From: Clostridia bacterium
Lineage (GTDB): Bacteria > Bacillota > Clostridia > UMGS1883 > UMGS1540
DNA: 64,000 nucleotides
NCBI GenBank assembly: GCA_045533905.1
Contig: JAZSIR010000016.1
Location: 1 to 64,000 of the forward strand
Reading direction: 5' to 3'
The notes under the pieces are model-generated. The model was not told where the DNA came from, ran no database searches, and worked only from the letters and a program-made list of their open reading frames with translations. Shown piece after piece: positions 26,046 through 36,201 of the stretch (position 1 is the first letter of the stretch; each line of letters opens with the position of its first letter). A program made the translations under genes and the position numbers.

Positions 26046-28073
26046 CTATAATTTTCTGGATTTCCGTTTTTCTGTAAGTTCCTCTGCCACCATTTCCTTC
26101 TGGAAGAAACGGCCGCGCGTAAAGGGGAAGGGGGCCGGTGCACCTTCTTTATATAACGCAAGGATAGCTTCCACCTCTTTTCGGGTTTCCGTAGTAAACC
26201 GCAAAACAAAGGCATGGATATCTGCGTTTTGCAGAGTATGCAGCTTATCGAGCATATAAAGCGGCCGCGCGTTTAAAACCTCGTTTCGGTGCGGATACGC
26301 GCAAAGAACAGGGAAAACATTTCCCTTTGCATCGGTCAGCGGATAGGTGCGCCTAGCGCCGTGGCAAGTATCGTGCACTTTTGCGAGGCAGTTTTCCATC
26401 GTCATCAGCGTGTGCCGCCCGTATATCATAACAGAGAGCGGCAGGGGCTTTTTCATCGCACGGATTTGTGAGGCGAGAAGCTCAGGTGATGCCATGACAG
26501 ACTCCGTATCCGCCAAAAGCGCCGTCTGTGCATTCAAAATATGAAGGCCCGCGCCGCCGTGCGGCACAAAGCCCATCTCGCGGCAAAGCGTGCTTTGCCC
26601 GATGGTTTGACACATCACGTCCCGAATTCCAAATTCCCGGATGCGAAGAAGCTGTTTTTTCACGGGCTCTGCTTCTTCATCAAAAAAGATAGTCGGGAGA
26701 ATGGCACCCGCGGGACGGCTGATAGGCCGATCAATCGAAAAAAGCGGAAGCCATATAAAATCGGCATCCAAACCCTCGGGGATTTGCGAAAGGTTTGTAA
26801 ATATGCAATGTGTTTCCGTTTTCTGCACGGGTTTATGTAGCACAGAAAGGGAGACAGATGTGGAGGCGTACGGAGAAACAGAAGCTTCCTCGAGCGCCGC
26901 AAGTCCGTCACGTCTTAGGGCATTTAGAGAAGAAGCTGAAAGATATAAATTCTCGCCAATCTCTGCCGAAATTTTGGCCGTATAAGGTGTGCCGCCAAGC
27001 TTTGCAAGCGATTTTTCAGCGGATTCCGCAGAAAGAGGACGAGCCTCGGCGGTGTCCGGTACAGCGCCTTGTACGGTGGCAGTATACACGCCGTCTGACA
27101 CAGCAAGCACGCTCTCGCGGTTTGCCGCGACAGAAAGCTCCATAGAAAGCGGGATTTTGGGGGCCGACACCTCGGGTATCTCGAGGCGGGTAGAGGCGAG
27201 TTTATCTGCTTCCGTGCGGTAGCCGAACATTCTTTTACCGGTTTTACCGATGAAATAGCCGTCCGTAAACCCTTGTCTCGAGAAAAGATGCGTCAGAAAG
27301 TCCATTTCAGCCTTTGTGGCGGCACGTTTCTCGTCGATAAGGCGACGGTATACCGAGACAACACCACGCACGTATTCGGGCGATTTCAGCCTTCCTTCAA
27401 TTTTGAGGGAGGCAATCGGAAGAGACAGAAGCTCCGGCATATGTCCGGCAAGGCATAAATCATGCAGACTTAAGGCGTAGCCGTTTTGATACCGATGGCG
27501 GCAGGGCTGTGCACAGGTGCCGCGGTTGCCGCTTCTTTGCGCTAGCATACTGCTGAAATAACATTGTCCCGAAAAAGAGACACAAAGAGCGCCGTGTATG
27601 AAAACCTCAATTTCAAGAGGGGAATTTCGGATAAGATCACGCGAGAAAGCTTCGCGCGCAAGGACTACGCGCTGAAAACCGAGTTCCTTCGCTCTTTCAA
27701 TGCCGCGCGCGGAATGTATGGTCATCTGGGTGCTTGCATGCAGCGGCAAATCCAGTACCGTGCGGCGCAAAAGCGAGGCAAGGCCCACGTCCTGCACAAT
27801 AACGGCATCCACACCCGTTCCCGCAAGAAAGCGCGCGTACTGCGTCATTTCAGAAAGCTCCGCATCGGTAAGAAGCGTGTTTAGCGTAAGATACACCTTT
27901 TTGTGGCGTACGTGCGCATAGCGAACGGCCTCAAGAAGTGTTTCGTCTGTGAAGTTTTCGCCCGCGAGACGGGCGTTGTGGCGGCCGGCACCAAGATAGA
28001 CGGCATCCGCCCCGGCATCGAGTGCGGCCCGGAGTGCCGCAAAGGAGCCGGCGGGAGCTAACAGCTCATGCAT
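26046..28073 (-). CDS. U32 family peptidase, RlhA-like (DUF3656; probable rRNA hydroxylase)
   Basis: ELLAPAGS, HASTQM, HGALCVSFSGQC, NRGTCAQPCR, LKIEGRLK; 675 aa long form. Confidence 0.88.
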   Translation of the reverse strand: MHELLAPAGSFAALRAALDAGADAVYLGAGRHNARLAGENFTDETLLEAVRYAHVRHKKVYLTLNTLLTDAELSEMTQYARFLAGTGVDAVIVQDVGLASLLRRTVLDLPLHASTQMTIHSARGIERAKELGFQRVVLAREAFSRDLIRNSPLEIEVFIHGALCVSFSGQCYFSSMLAQRSGNRGTCAQPCRHRYQNGYALSLHDLCLAGHMPELLSLPIASLKIEGRLKSPEYVRGVVSVYRRLIDEKRAATKAEMDFLTHLFSRQGFTDGYFIGKTGKRMFGYRTEADKLASTRLEIPEVSAPKIPLSMELSVAANRESVLAVSDGVYTATVQGAVPDTAEARPLSAESAEKSLAKLGGTPYTAKISAEIGENLYLSASSLNALRRDGLAALEEASVSPYASTSVSLSVLHKPVQKTETHCIFTNLSQIPEGLDADFIWLPLFSIDRPISRPAGAILPTIFFDEEAEPVKKQLLRIREFGIRDVMCQTIGQSTLCREMGFVPHGGAGLHILNAQTALLADTESVMASPELLASQIRAMKKPLPLSVMIYGRHTLMTMENCLAKVHDTCHGARRTYPLTDAKGNVFPVLCAYPHRNEVLNARPLYMLDKLHTLQNADIHAFVLRFTTETRKEVEAILALYKEGAPAPFPFTRGRFFQKEMVAEELTEKRKSRKL

Positions 28074-28090
28074 ATATACGCCTCCAGAGA

Positions 28091-28966
28091 TTATAAGAGC
28101 AAGGAAATCGCACGCGGATTATTCTGGATTTCAATCACATTTCCGCCGGATTCATATTCGCCGTCAAGCGACCAGGGAAAAATCTGATCCATCGTGAAGA
28201 TAGCGTGCCGCATTTTGAAAAAGGTGATATATTCTGGGTTATACTGTCGCCGCAGAAGCGAAAAGAAAATCTGCTGAAAATCAAGGGGGGAGTGCGGCAT
28301 ACGGATCAGCATAACTTCAAAGAGGCCGTCACTGTAGCTGACATCCTCGGGGGAAAGGCGAAGCATACCGCCGAGCGAGGTGGAGTTGGAAACGGCACCG
28401 AACACATAGTCGCCGCTGAAGGTGGCACTGTCGGCCTCTACGGTCACATGACATGGGCGGATGTTCGGGATGTCGCGCATAGCCTCGAAAATATAGGCCA
28501 TATGCCCAAGACGGTTTTTGTTTTCCTGCGGCGCTTTATAAGAGGAATCGGTAAAAGCACCGAAGGAAGCTACATATGAAAAATGGCGGTTGCCGAACGA
28601 GCCGATATCAATCAGACGCGGCGTGCCGCTTTGGATGACCTTTGCCGCCGTTTCAATATCGCGCGGAATGCCAAGGCTTGCGGCAAAATCATTCGTCGTG
28701 CCGCAGGGGAGATAGCCGATTGGCGGGCGGGATTCAAGGCACATTATGCCGTTTATTACACGGTTTAAGGTGCCGTCACCGCCTGCGCAGACTACAAGGT
28801 CAAAGTCGGCGGCGTTTGCGGCCACATATGCCTCGGTTGTTTCGCCGTCCTTTGTGCAGTAGACAGAAATGGTATATTGGGAAAAGAGCGCTGGGATATC
28901 CACATTCCCGGCGCGTGCTTTCCCGGCAACGGGATTGAGGACTAAAAGCATTTTCTTTTTTGGCAT
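28091..28966 (-). CDS. Diacylglycerol kinase family lipid kinase (YegS/BmrU)
   Basis: LNPVAGK, AGGDGTL, PCGTTNDFA, LDGE; start MPKKKM after GGAGG. Confidence 0.92.
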   Translation of the reverse strand: MPKKKMLLVLNPVAGKARAGNVDIPALFSQYTISVYCTKDGETTEAYVAANAADFDLVVCAGGDGTLNRVINGIMCLESRPPIGYLPCGTTNDFAASLGIPRDIETAAKVIQSGTPRLIDIGSFGNRHFSYVASFGAFTDSSYKAPQENKNRLGHMAYIFEAMRDIPNIRPCHVTVEADSATFSGDYVFGAVSNSTSLGGMLRLSPEDVSYSDGLFEVMLIRMPHSPLDFQQIFFSLLRRQYNPEYITFFKMRHAIFTMDQIFPWSLDGEYESGGNVIEIQNNPRAISLLL

Positions 28967-29050
28967 TCGTGCACCTCCTTTTTGCAAAACAAATAAACAA
29001 AGGAAATTATCAAGCAGATAATTTCCTAAACTCTCATACTCCAAAAAGCC

Positions 29051-30064
29051 TTATGCAAACATGGGGCTTACGGAAATATCGGCATATATACGCTTAATGG
29101 CTTCTGCGAAAATCTCCGCAACGGAAAGAACGTGAATCTTGTCGAGCATCTTGTCGGGCGTGAGTGCGATGGTATCGAGAACAAGTAACTCACGGATGGG
29201 CGACTTTTCGATACGCTCAAGCGCAGGACCCGATAAAACGGGGTGTGTGCAGCAGGCGTAAATTTCCTTTGCGCCGCGTTCCATAAGGGCGGAAGCGCCG
29301 TTTGTGATGGTGCCTGCCGTATCAATCATATCGTCAACGAGGATAATGGTCTTATCCTTGATGTCGCCGATGATATTCATAACCTCTGCTACATTTGCAC
29401 GCGGACGTCTTTTGTCGATGATGGCAATCGGCACATCAAGTCGCTGTGCGAACTTGCGGGCGCGTGTTACGCTGCCGAAGTCCGGAGAAACGACAACCAC
29501 ATCGTCAAGACGGTCTGCAAATTTTTCAAGGTAATAAGGAGCAAGTTTGGTAAAACCGAGCAGATGATCCACGGGAATATTGAAGAAGCCCTGAATCTGT
29601 GCGGCGTGCAGGTCCATCGTCAGAATACGGTCGGCGCCGGCAGTTTCAATAAGGTCTGCCACAAGCTTTGCCGAAATCGGATCGCGGGCCTTTGCTTTTC
29701 TGTCCTGACGGGCGTAGCCGTAGTAGGGGATAACGGCGGTGATACGGCCGGCAGAAGCACGCTTGAAAGCGTCAATCATAATAAGAAGTTCCATAAGATT
29801 GTCGTTAACCGGATCGCAGGTGGACTGTACCACAAACACATCCGAGCCACGGACAGACTCATTAATATTTACAAAAATTTCACCGTCGCTGAACTTGCCG
29901 ACTTCGGCCTTGCCAAGGGAGATTTCGCCGAGCTGCAGACCGCTTCCGGGGGAACAGAGTTTGTACTCTGCAACCTTATTCTTAAGCTCTGCCACGATGC
30001 TGGCGGCAAGATTGGGGTTGGAGTTGGCGGTGAAGATTTTGATATCGTTTCCGTGGGTTATCAT
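29051..30064 (-). CDS. prs: Ribose-phosphate pyrophosphokinase
   Basis: [37 protein letters not shown]. Confidence 0.97.
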   Translation of the reverse strand: MITHGNDIKIFTANSNPNLAASIVAELKNKVAEYKLCSPGSGLQLGEISLGKAEVGKFSDGEIFVNINESVRGSDVFVVQSTCDPVNDNLMELLIMIDAFKRASAGRITAVIPYYGYARQDRKAKARDPISAKLVADLIETAGADRILTMDLHAAQIQGFFNIPVDHLLGFTKLAPYYLEKFADRLDDVVVVSPDFGSVTRARKFAQRLDVPIAIIDKRRPRANVAEVMNIIGDIKDKTIILVDDMIDTAGTITNGASALMERGAKEIYACCTHPVLSGPALERIEKSPIRELLVLDTIALTPDKMLDKIHVLSVAEIFAEAIKRIYADISVSPMFA

Positions 30065-30145
30065 CTGTAATCGCTCCTTCTTAAATTCTCTTTTTATATT
30101 GTACCGCATTTTGCCTTAAAAAGCAATATAAACTTTAGGAAAAAA

Positions 30146-31435
30146 TCAAAAATTTTCCCGAAGTGCAGCAAGGGAACGTTGGGCGAGAGCCATATACCGT
30201 TCGCGCTTATCTCGGATGCGCGCAGATAGCGGCGGCAGGATGCCAAAATTCGCATTCATCGGCTGAAAAGAGCCGACCGATTCCGAAGAGATATAGCGGG
30301 AAAGCGCACCAATCATCGTCTCAGGCGGCAGAATTTCGATGGATTCACCTTTGACTCTTTTTGCGGCATTGCGCCCTGCCATAATGCCGGATGCGGCCGA
30401 TTCCATATACCCCTCTACACCCGTGATCTGCCCTGCAAAGAATACATCCGGATTTGCGCGAAGCGAAAAGTCCGCCGAGAGAAGATGCGGGGAATTTATA
30501 AAGCTGTTTCGGTGCATTACGCCGTAGCGCACAAATTCCGCATCGCAAAGCGCGGGAATCATAGAAAAAACGCGCTTTTGTTCGCCCCATTTGAGATTTG
30601 TCTGAAAGCCTACAATGTTGTAGAGTGTACCCTCTTTATTATCCTGCCGAAGCTGCACTACGGCATAGGGACGTTTGTCAGTCCCCGGCTCGCGAAGCCC
30701 GACGGGGCGAAGCGGTCCGTAGAGAAGCGTATCGTGTCCGCGGCCGGCCATCACTTCCACCGGCATACAGCCTTCAAATACCGAAAGCTTATCGGCACCA
30801 TGCTGCGGTGCACGCTCGGCGGTGATGAGTGCCTCGTAAAAAGCATCATATTCTTCCCGCGTCATAGGGCAGTTTATATAGTCGTCATCTCCGCGGCCAT
30901 ATCGGGCGCCGAAAAAGGCGCGCGTCATATCAATGCTGTCGCGTTCTATAATAGGTGCGGCGGCATCAAAAAAGCTCAAAGAGTCGCCGCAAAGCTTTTG
31001 GATTTCTTCGGCGAGGGCACCGTCGGTAAGCGGGCCCGTGGCAATTACTGTGATGCCGTCAGCCGGAATGCGCGTAACTTCCTCCCGCACGACGGTAATA
31101 AGAGGGTGCGCGGTGAGCCTTTTCGTAATTTCTTTTGCGAAAAGCTCGCGGTCAACGGCCAATGCGCCGCCGGCCGGCACGCTCGTTTCCTTCGCTACCG
31201 AAACGGTAAGAGAGCCGAAAAATTCCATTTCGGCTTTTAAAAGCCCGCCTGCGGAATCGAGGCGGGAGGCTTTTAAGGAATTACTGCATACAAGCTCACA
31301 TAAATCTTCCATTTGGTGGGCGGGGGAGAAGCGGTGCGGCTTCATTTCGTGCAAAACGACTTCTACGCCTCGCTCCGCCGCGGCAAACGCGGCTTCACAG
31401 CCCGCAAGTCCTCCACCGATTATATGGATTTGCAT
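30146..31435 (-). CDS. trmFO: Folate-dependent tRNA (uracil-5)-methyltransferase TrmFO
   Basis: GGGLAGCEAA, ELVCSNS, VPAGGALAVDR, VGFQTNLK, RYGVMHRN. Confidence 0.97.
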   Translation of the reverse strand: MQIHIIGGGLAGCEAAFAAAERGVEVVLHEMKPHRFSPAHQMEDLCELVCSNSLKASRLDSAGGLLKAEMEFFGSLTVSVAKETSVPAGGALAVDRELFAKEITKRLTAHPLITVVREEVTRIPADGITVIATGPLTDGALAEEIQKLCGDSLSFFDAAAPIIERDSIDMTRAFFGARYGRGDDDYINCPMTREEYDAFYEALITAERAPQHGADKLSVFEGCMPVEVMAGRGHDTLLYGPLRPVGLREPGTDKRPYAVVQLRQDNKEGTLYNIVGFQTNLKWGEQKRVFSMIPALCDAEFVRYGVMHRNSFINSPHLLSADFSLRANPDVFFAGQITGVEGYMESAASGIMAGRNAAKRVKGESIEILPPETMIGALSRYISSESVGSFQPMNANFGILPPLSARIRDKRERYMALAQRSLAALRENF

Positions 31436-31438
31436 ACT

Positions 31439-33508
31439 TTATTTCTCCTTTGATTTTTCACAATCACGGTTTGAGCATACAGCCTTTGTCGTACGGCCTT
31501 TTTTCTTTGAGACCATCGGACTCCGGCACACGTCACAAAGCGCACCTGTCGGCTTATCCCATAAGAGTACGCCGCAGGTTTCGTTGTTTTCACAGGCGTA
31601 GAATACGCGCCCCTTTTTCGAATGACGCTCCAGTACCTTGCCGCCGCAGCGGGGGCAGGGAATACCGATATCGGTCACAATGGGTTTTGCATTGCGGCAG
31701 GCAGGAAAGCCCGGGCAAGCCAGGAATTTCCCAAAGCGGCCCATTTTATAGACCATATTGCGGCCGCACTTTTCGCAGATTACATCGGAAACTTCGTCCG
31801 TAAGCGAAACCTTTCCGATGGCGGCATCAGCCTTTTCAAGCGTTTCCGAGAAGGGACTGTAGAAACTGCGTAAAATTTTCACCCAGTTTTCCTGTCCTTC
31901 TTCTACGCGGTCAAGCTGTGCTTCCATATCGGCGGTAAATTCCACATTGATTAGGGAACCGAAATGCTCGGTCATAAGGTCTGTTGTTACATAGCCGAGT
32001 TCTGTGGGCATAAACAGTTTTTTCTCGCGCACCACATAGCCGCGGTTTAAAATGGTGGAAATTGTCGGTGCATACGTACTCGGGCGTCCGATACCCTTTT
32101 CTTCCATAGCACGGATAAGCGCACCTTCTGTATAGCGGGAAGGCGGCTCTGTAAAGCGCTGCTGCTTTTCGAGGTTAACAAGCGAAAGCGCATCGCCGGA
32201 CTGGAGTGTGGGCATATCGGAAGATTCCTCTTCGTTTTCGGTTTCCACCTTATAAACCGATTCAAAACCGGCAAATTTCACTTTGGCAAAAGATGCCTTG
32301 AAGGTGTAAGCGCCGGCGCTGATATCTGTCTGCAGCGTCGTATACACCGCATCTACCATCTGGCTTGCCATAAAGCGCTCCCAGATGAGTTTGTAGAGCT
32401 TATACTGGTCGCTCGGCAAGGTTTTCTTGGCGATTTCAGGCGTAATCTGCACATTGGTGGGACGGATTGCTTCATGCGCATCCTGCGCCGCGGCACGCGA
32501 TTTGTAAACACGCGGGCGGGTGGGGACATAGGCACTTCCGTAGCGACTCTGAATGTAGGAAAGCGCAGAGAGAGAGGCTTCCGCAGAAATGCGGAGCGAG
32601 TCCGTACGCATATAGGTGATAAGACCGATCGTGCCGTGCCCTTCAATATCTACACCTTCGTAGAGAATCTGGGCTGCAGACATCGTCTTGCGGGAGGTGA
32701 ACCCGAGCCGTCTTGCCGCTTCCTGCTGCATTGTGCTTGTTGTGAAGGGCGGGGCAGGGGATTTCTTCCGTTCATCATATTTGGCAGAGGCCACAGAGAA
32801 CGAAGCGTTTTTGAGGTCTGCCGAAACGGCTTCGGCCGTCTTCTGGTCGCGAATCGTTATCCTTTTGCCATTTTTGCCGTGGAGCTTTGCGCGAAATGCC
32901 TTGCCGCTTTTGGCTTTCAGGTCCGCAGCAACATTCCAGAATTCGTCCGGAATAAACTTTTCAATTTCGCGTTCGCGTTCTACAACAAGACGTGTAACTA
33001 CCGACTGTACACGGCCGGCACTAAGCCCCTTCTTAACCTTTCGCCACAGGAGAGGGCTCAGCTTGTACCCTACAATACGGTCAAGCACGCGGCGTGCCTG
33101 CTGGGCATCTACAAGGTCGGAGTTTATGGCACGCGGCTCTTTAACAGCCGCTTTCAGTACGTTCTCTGTGATTTCATTAAAGGTAATGCGGCACTTCGAG
33201 GAGGGATCAATCTCCAGAATGTGCGCAAGATGCCAGGAAATGGCTTCGCCTTCGCGGTCAGGGTCAGTGGCGAGATATACGTGCTTGGCCGCTTTGGCTT
33301 CCTTTTTGAGGGTTGCCAGAAGGTCACCTTTTCCGCGAATGGTAATATATTTCGGTGCAAAATCGTTCTCGATGTCAATGCCGAGCTGACTTTTCGGTAA
33401 GTCACGAAGATGCCCGAAAGAGGCGAGGACTGTATAGTCCCGTCCCAGATATTTTTTAATTGTCTTTGCTTTTGCGGGAGACTCCACAATAATTAAATTC
33501 TTCGCCAT
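31439..33508 (-). CDS. topA: DNA topoisomerase I
   Basis: VESPAKAKTI, DPDREGEAI, SAGRVQS, ITYMRTDS, C-terminal Zn ribbons. Confidence 0.98.
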   Translation of the reverse strand: MAKNLIIVESPAKAKTIKKYLGRDYTVLASFGHLRDLPKSQLGIDIENDFAPKYITIRGKGDLLATLKKEAKAAKHVYLATDPDREGEAISWHLAHILEIDPSSKCRITFNEITENVLKAAVKEPRAINSDLVDAQQARRVLDRIVGYKLSPLLWRKVKKGLSAGRVQSVVTRLVVEREREIEKFIPDEFWNVAADLKAKSGKAFRAKLHGKNGKRITIRDQKTAEAVSADLKNASFSVASAKYDERKKSPAPPFTTSTMQQEAARRLGFTSRKTMSAAQILYEGVDIEGHGTIGLITYMRTDSLRISAEASLSALSYIQSRYGSAYVPTRPRVYKSRAAAQDAHEAIRPTNVQITPEIAKKTLPSDQYKLYKLIWERFMASQMVDAVYTTLQTDISAGAYTFKASFAKVKFAGFESVYKVETENEEESSDMPTLQSGDALSLVNLEKQQRFTEPPSRYTEGALIRAMEEKGIGRPSTYAPTISTILNRGYVVREKKLFMPTELGYVTTDLMTEHFGSLINVEFTADMEAQLDRVEEGQENWVKILRSFYSPFSETLEKADAAIGKVSLTDEVSDVICEKCGRNMVYKMGRFGKFLACPGFPACRNAKPIVTDIGIPCPRCGGKVLERHSKKGRVFYACENNETCGVLLWDKPTGALCDVCRSPMVSKKKGRTTKAVCSNRDCEKSKEK

Positions 33509-33576
33509 GACAAATTCCTTTCTGCGCGTTGCTTTAATTACAGTACCACAGATAATGTCTGTTTGTAAAGGTCTTT

Positions 33577-35412
33577 TTAATTTTTTTTCAATTTTTCCGA
33601 AAAATATGCAAACACATTTTCGGCGGTGCGCCGGTCGAGACCCTTTACTTCACAAAGTGTCTCAAGGGAAGCCGTGCGGATTGCCGTAACCGATTTGAAG
33701 TGGCGCATAAGAGCCTTCTTTTTTTGCGGACCCACACCGCGGATGCCGTCCAGCTCGCCCGAAAATGATTTTTGTTCTCTCAACTTTTTATGATAGGTGA
33801 TGGCAAAACGGTGCGCTTCGTCCTGAATGAGCGTTACAAGGCGGAAGGCGGCGGAAGCAGGTGCCAGGCCGACTTCACCGTCTGCACGGATAAGGCCGCG
33901 CGTGCGGTGACGGTCATTCTTCACCATACCGAGAACAGGCACGGCAATGGCAAGACGGGAAAGAACTTCTTCCGCGGCGTGCACATGCCCTATGCCGCCG
34001 TCCACGAGAATCAGGTCAGGCAGGGCGGCAAAGTCATCGCTCTGATCGTGGTACCGCATAAAGCGACGCACCAGAATTTCCTTCATACAGTCATAGTCAT
34101 TGGAGCCGATAATATATTTCACCTTGAAACGCTTGTATTCGGCAGGGGCCTTTTTGCCGTGCAGAAAGACAACCATCGAGCCTACGTTCTCGCTGCCGCC
34201 GGTATTTGAAATATCATACGCCTCAATGCGGTCGGGCAGTGCGGAAAGCCCGATTTCCTCGGCAAGCTCGGAAAGTGCCTTGTCCCGATTCGTTTTTCGC
34301 AGCACGTCAATTTTGAAGGTTTCGAGCGCGTGACTCGAATTTTTCGTGGCCATTTCACAAAGACGGCGCATTTCACCGCGTTTCGGTGCGCGAACGGCTA
34401 CGTTCTTTCCCCGTTTTTCGGAAAGCCACGTGCAAAGGGTATCTGCATCCGGAAGCGGCGTCGCTGTAAGCACTTCGGGCGGGACATCCACATCGCGGCT
34501 GTAATAGGCCTCTATAAAATCCGAAAGCGTTTCGGCCTCCAGGGAATAGAGCCTTTCGCTTTCGCGGTAGGAGCGACTGCCGAGAAGCTTTCCGCCGCGT
34601 AGGAAGAACACAGTGAAAACTGCAAGGTCCTCGTCAAGAGCCAGTGCAAAAATGTCAGCGTCCCGTGTGGAACCGATGACCTTCTGGTCGCGTGCGATGC
34701 GGCGGATGCCGTCAATTTTATCACGGTAAGAAGCTGCCGCTTCGAATGCAAGGCGGGAGGCGGCGTCTTCCATTTTCTCTTCGAGGTCAGATATCAGGCG
34801 CGCGTGTTCGCCGCGGAGGAAACGGGAAACTTCTTTGAAAATTTTTTTGTATTCTTCGGAGGAAATGTTCCCCGTGCATGGCGCATGGCAGCGGTGCATC
34901 GCGTGGTAGAGGCAGGGGCGCGCTTTGCCGATGTCCTCCGGAAAACGCTTTGCACAGTGCTGAATGCCGAAAATGCGGCGCACCACGGAAAGCGTTTCAT
35001 TGATAACCGCGCTACTCGGATACGGACCAAAATATTCAGCACCATCATCCTCTTCCTTTTTGCGGGCCAGCATAATGCGCGGATAAGCTTCATTTGTAAT
35101 TTTGATAAACGGATACCCCTTATCATCTTTGAGAAGAATGTTATAGCGGGGCTTGTGTTTTTTTATAAGGTTACTTTCAAGGCAGAGTGCCTCAAATTCC
35201 GTGTCGGTCAGAATGTATTCAAAGTCCGCAATTTTGGAAATCATAGCGCTGACCTTCGGGGGATGGTCAACGCCGTGAAAGTACTGGCGGACGCGGTTTT
35301 TCAGTATTTTGGCTTTTCCTACATAAATAATAGTGCCGCCCGCGTCGCGCATAATATATACGCCGGGGGAGGAGGGGAGGTTTTTCAGTTTTTCTGTCAG
35401 GATATCGTTCAT
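33577..35412 (-). CDS. uvrC: Excinuclease ABC subunit C
   Basis: GIY-YIG (PGVYIM...YVGKAK), RIEAYDISN, LVDGG.GH, QDEAHRFA, HhH. Confidence 0.97.
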   Translation of the reverse strand: MNDILTEKLKNLPSSPGVYIMRDAGGTIIYVGKAKILKNRVRQYFHGVDHPPKVSAMISKIADFEYILTDTEFEALCLESNLIKKHKPRYNILLKDDKGYPFIKITNEAYPRIMLARKKEEDDGAEYFGPYPSSAVINETLSVVRRIFGIQHCAKRFPEDIGKARPCLYHAMHRCHAPCTGNISSEEYKKIFKEVSRFLRGEHARLISDLEEKMEDAASRLAFEAAASYRDKIDGIRRIARDQKVIGSTRDADIFALALDEDLAVFTVFFLRGGKLLGSRSYRESERLYSLEAETLSDFIEAYYSRDVDVPPEVLTATPLPDADTLCTWLSEKRGKNVAVRAPKRGEMRRLCEMATKNSSHALETFKIDVLRKTNRDKALSELAEEIGLSALPDRIEAYDISNTGGSENVGSMVVFLHGKKAPAEYKRFKVKYIIGSNDYDCMKEILVRRFMRYHDQSDDFAALPDLILVDGGIGHVHAAEEVLSRLAIAVPVLGMVKNDRHRTRGLIRADGEVGLAPASAAFRLVTLIQDEAHRFAITYHKKLREQKSFSGELDGIRGVGPQKKKALMRHFKSVTAIRTASLETLCEVKGLDRRTAENVFAYFSEKLKKN

Positions 35413-35434
35413 ATGCTAAATCCTTTCATAGTCA

Positions 35435-35461
35435 AAAAAACAGCCATATAGGCTGTTTTTT
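35435..35461 (-). terminator. Terminator downstream of HPr gene
   Basis: AAAAAACAGCC-atata-GGCTGTTTTTT. Confidence 0.75.
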
Positions 35462-35473
35462 ATATTCATAGGA

Positions 35474-35737
35474 TTATTCAGACACACCTTCACTTATCAG
35501 CGCGGTCAAAGCCTCAATGGCTTCGCCTTCGTCAGCACCGTCGGCCGAGAGAAGAATTTCTGTGCCGCGGGTGATACCAAGGGATAAGATGCCCAAAAGG
35601 CTCTTGGCATTCACACGGCGCGATTCTTTTTCCACCCAGATGCCGGCTTTGAATTCGTTGGCTTTCTGGATAAATAATGTAGCTGCTTTGGCATGCAGGC
35701 CAACCTGATTGAGAACAACGACGCTTTTCGAAACCAT
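35474..35737 (-). CDS. ptsH: HPr family phosphocarrier protein
   Basis: GLHA (His15), VNAKSLLG (Ser46), ADGADE; 87 aa. Confidence 0.9.
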   Translation of the reverse strand: MVSKSVVVLNQVGLHAKAATLFIQKANEFKAGIWVEKESRRVNAKSLLGILSLGITRGTEILLSADGADEGEAIEALTALISEGVSE

Positions 35738-35894
35738 AAACTTACGCTCCTAAGGCTAAATTTCAGACTGTGTGCCTTTTTCAATACGCATATTGTAAAA
35801 GGAAGCAGCACGCGCGGCGCTTCACTTCCGTATTCTTCAGCACGATACAAAAGTCATAAGCGGGCGGCACAGCCGCCCGAACCATACAGACTTT

Positions 35895-36074
35895 TTATTC
35901 TGCTACCTTTACGACCTCTCTACCCTTGTAGTAGCCGCAGGCACTGCAAATGCGATGGGGACGAATCAGAGCATTGCACTTCGGGCATGCAATCATGCCG
36001 GGAACTTCGAGCTTGTATGTTGCACGTCTCTTATCGCGCCTCGCCTTAGATATTTTATTCTTCGGTACTGCCAT
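35895..36074 (-). CDS. rpmF: 50S ribosomal protein L32
   Basis: MAVPKNKISKARRDKRR, CxxC...CxxCGYY. Confidence 0.97.
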   Translation of the reverse strand: MAVPKNKISKARRDKRRATYKLEVPGMIACPKCNALIRPHRICSACGYYKGREVVKVAE

Positions 36075-36130
36075 CTTCCACACCTCATCTTTCCGGAATC
36101 CAAACTATGTGTTTAGTAGTAACACACGAT

Positions 36131-36159
36131 ATTATACCGCCTTTTGGGCGTTTTGTCAA
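36131..36159 (-). promoter_or_regulatory. SigA promoter of rpmF
   Basis: TTGACA-17nt-TATAAT perfect consensus. Confidence 0.85.
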
Positions 36160-36201
36160 GAAGTTTTTGCAAAAATTCTGTATTTTGGGGTTTTTTCGCA
36201 T

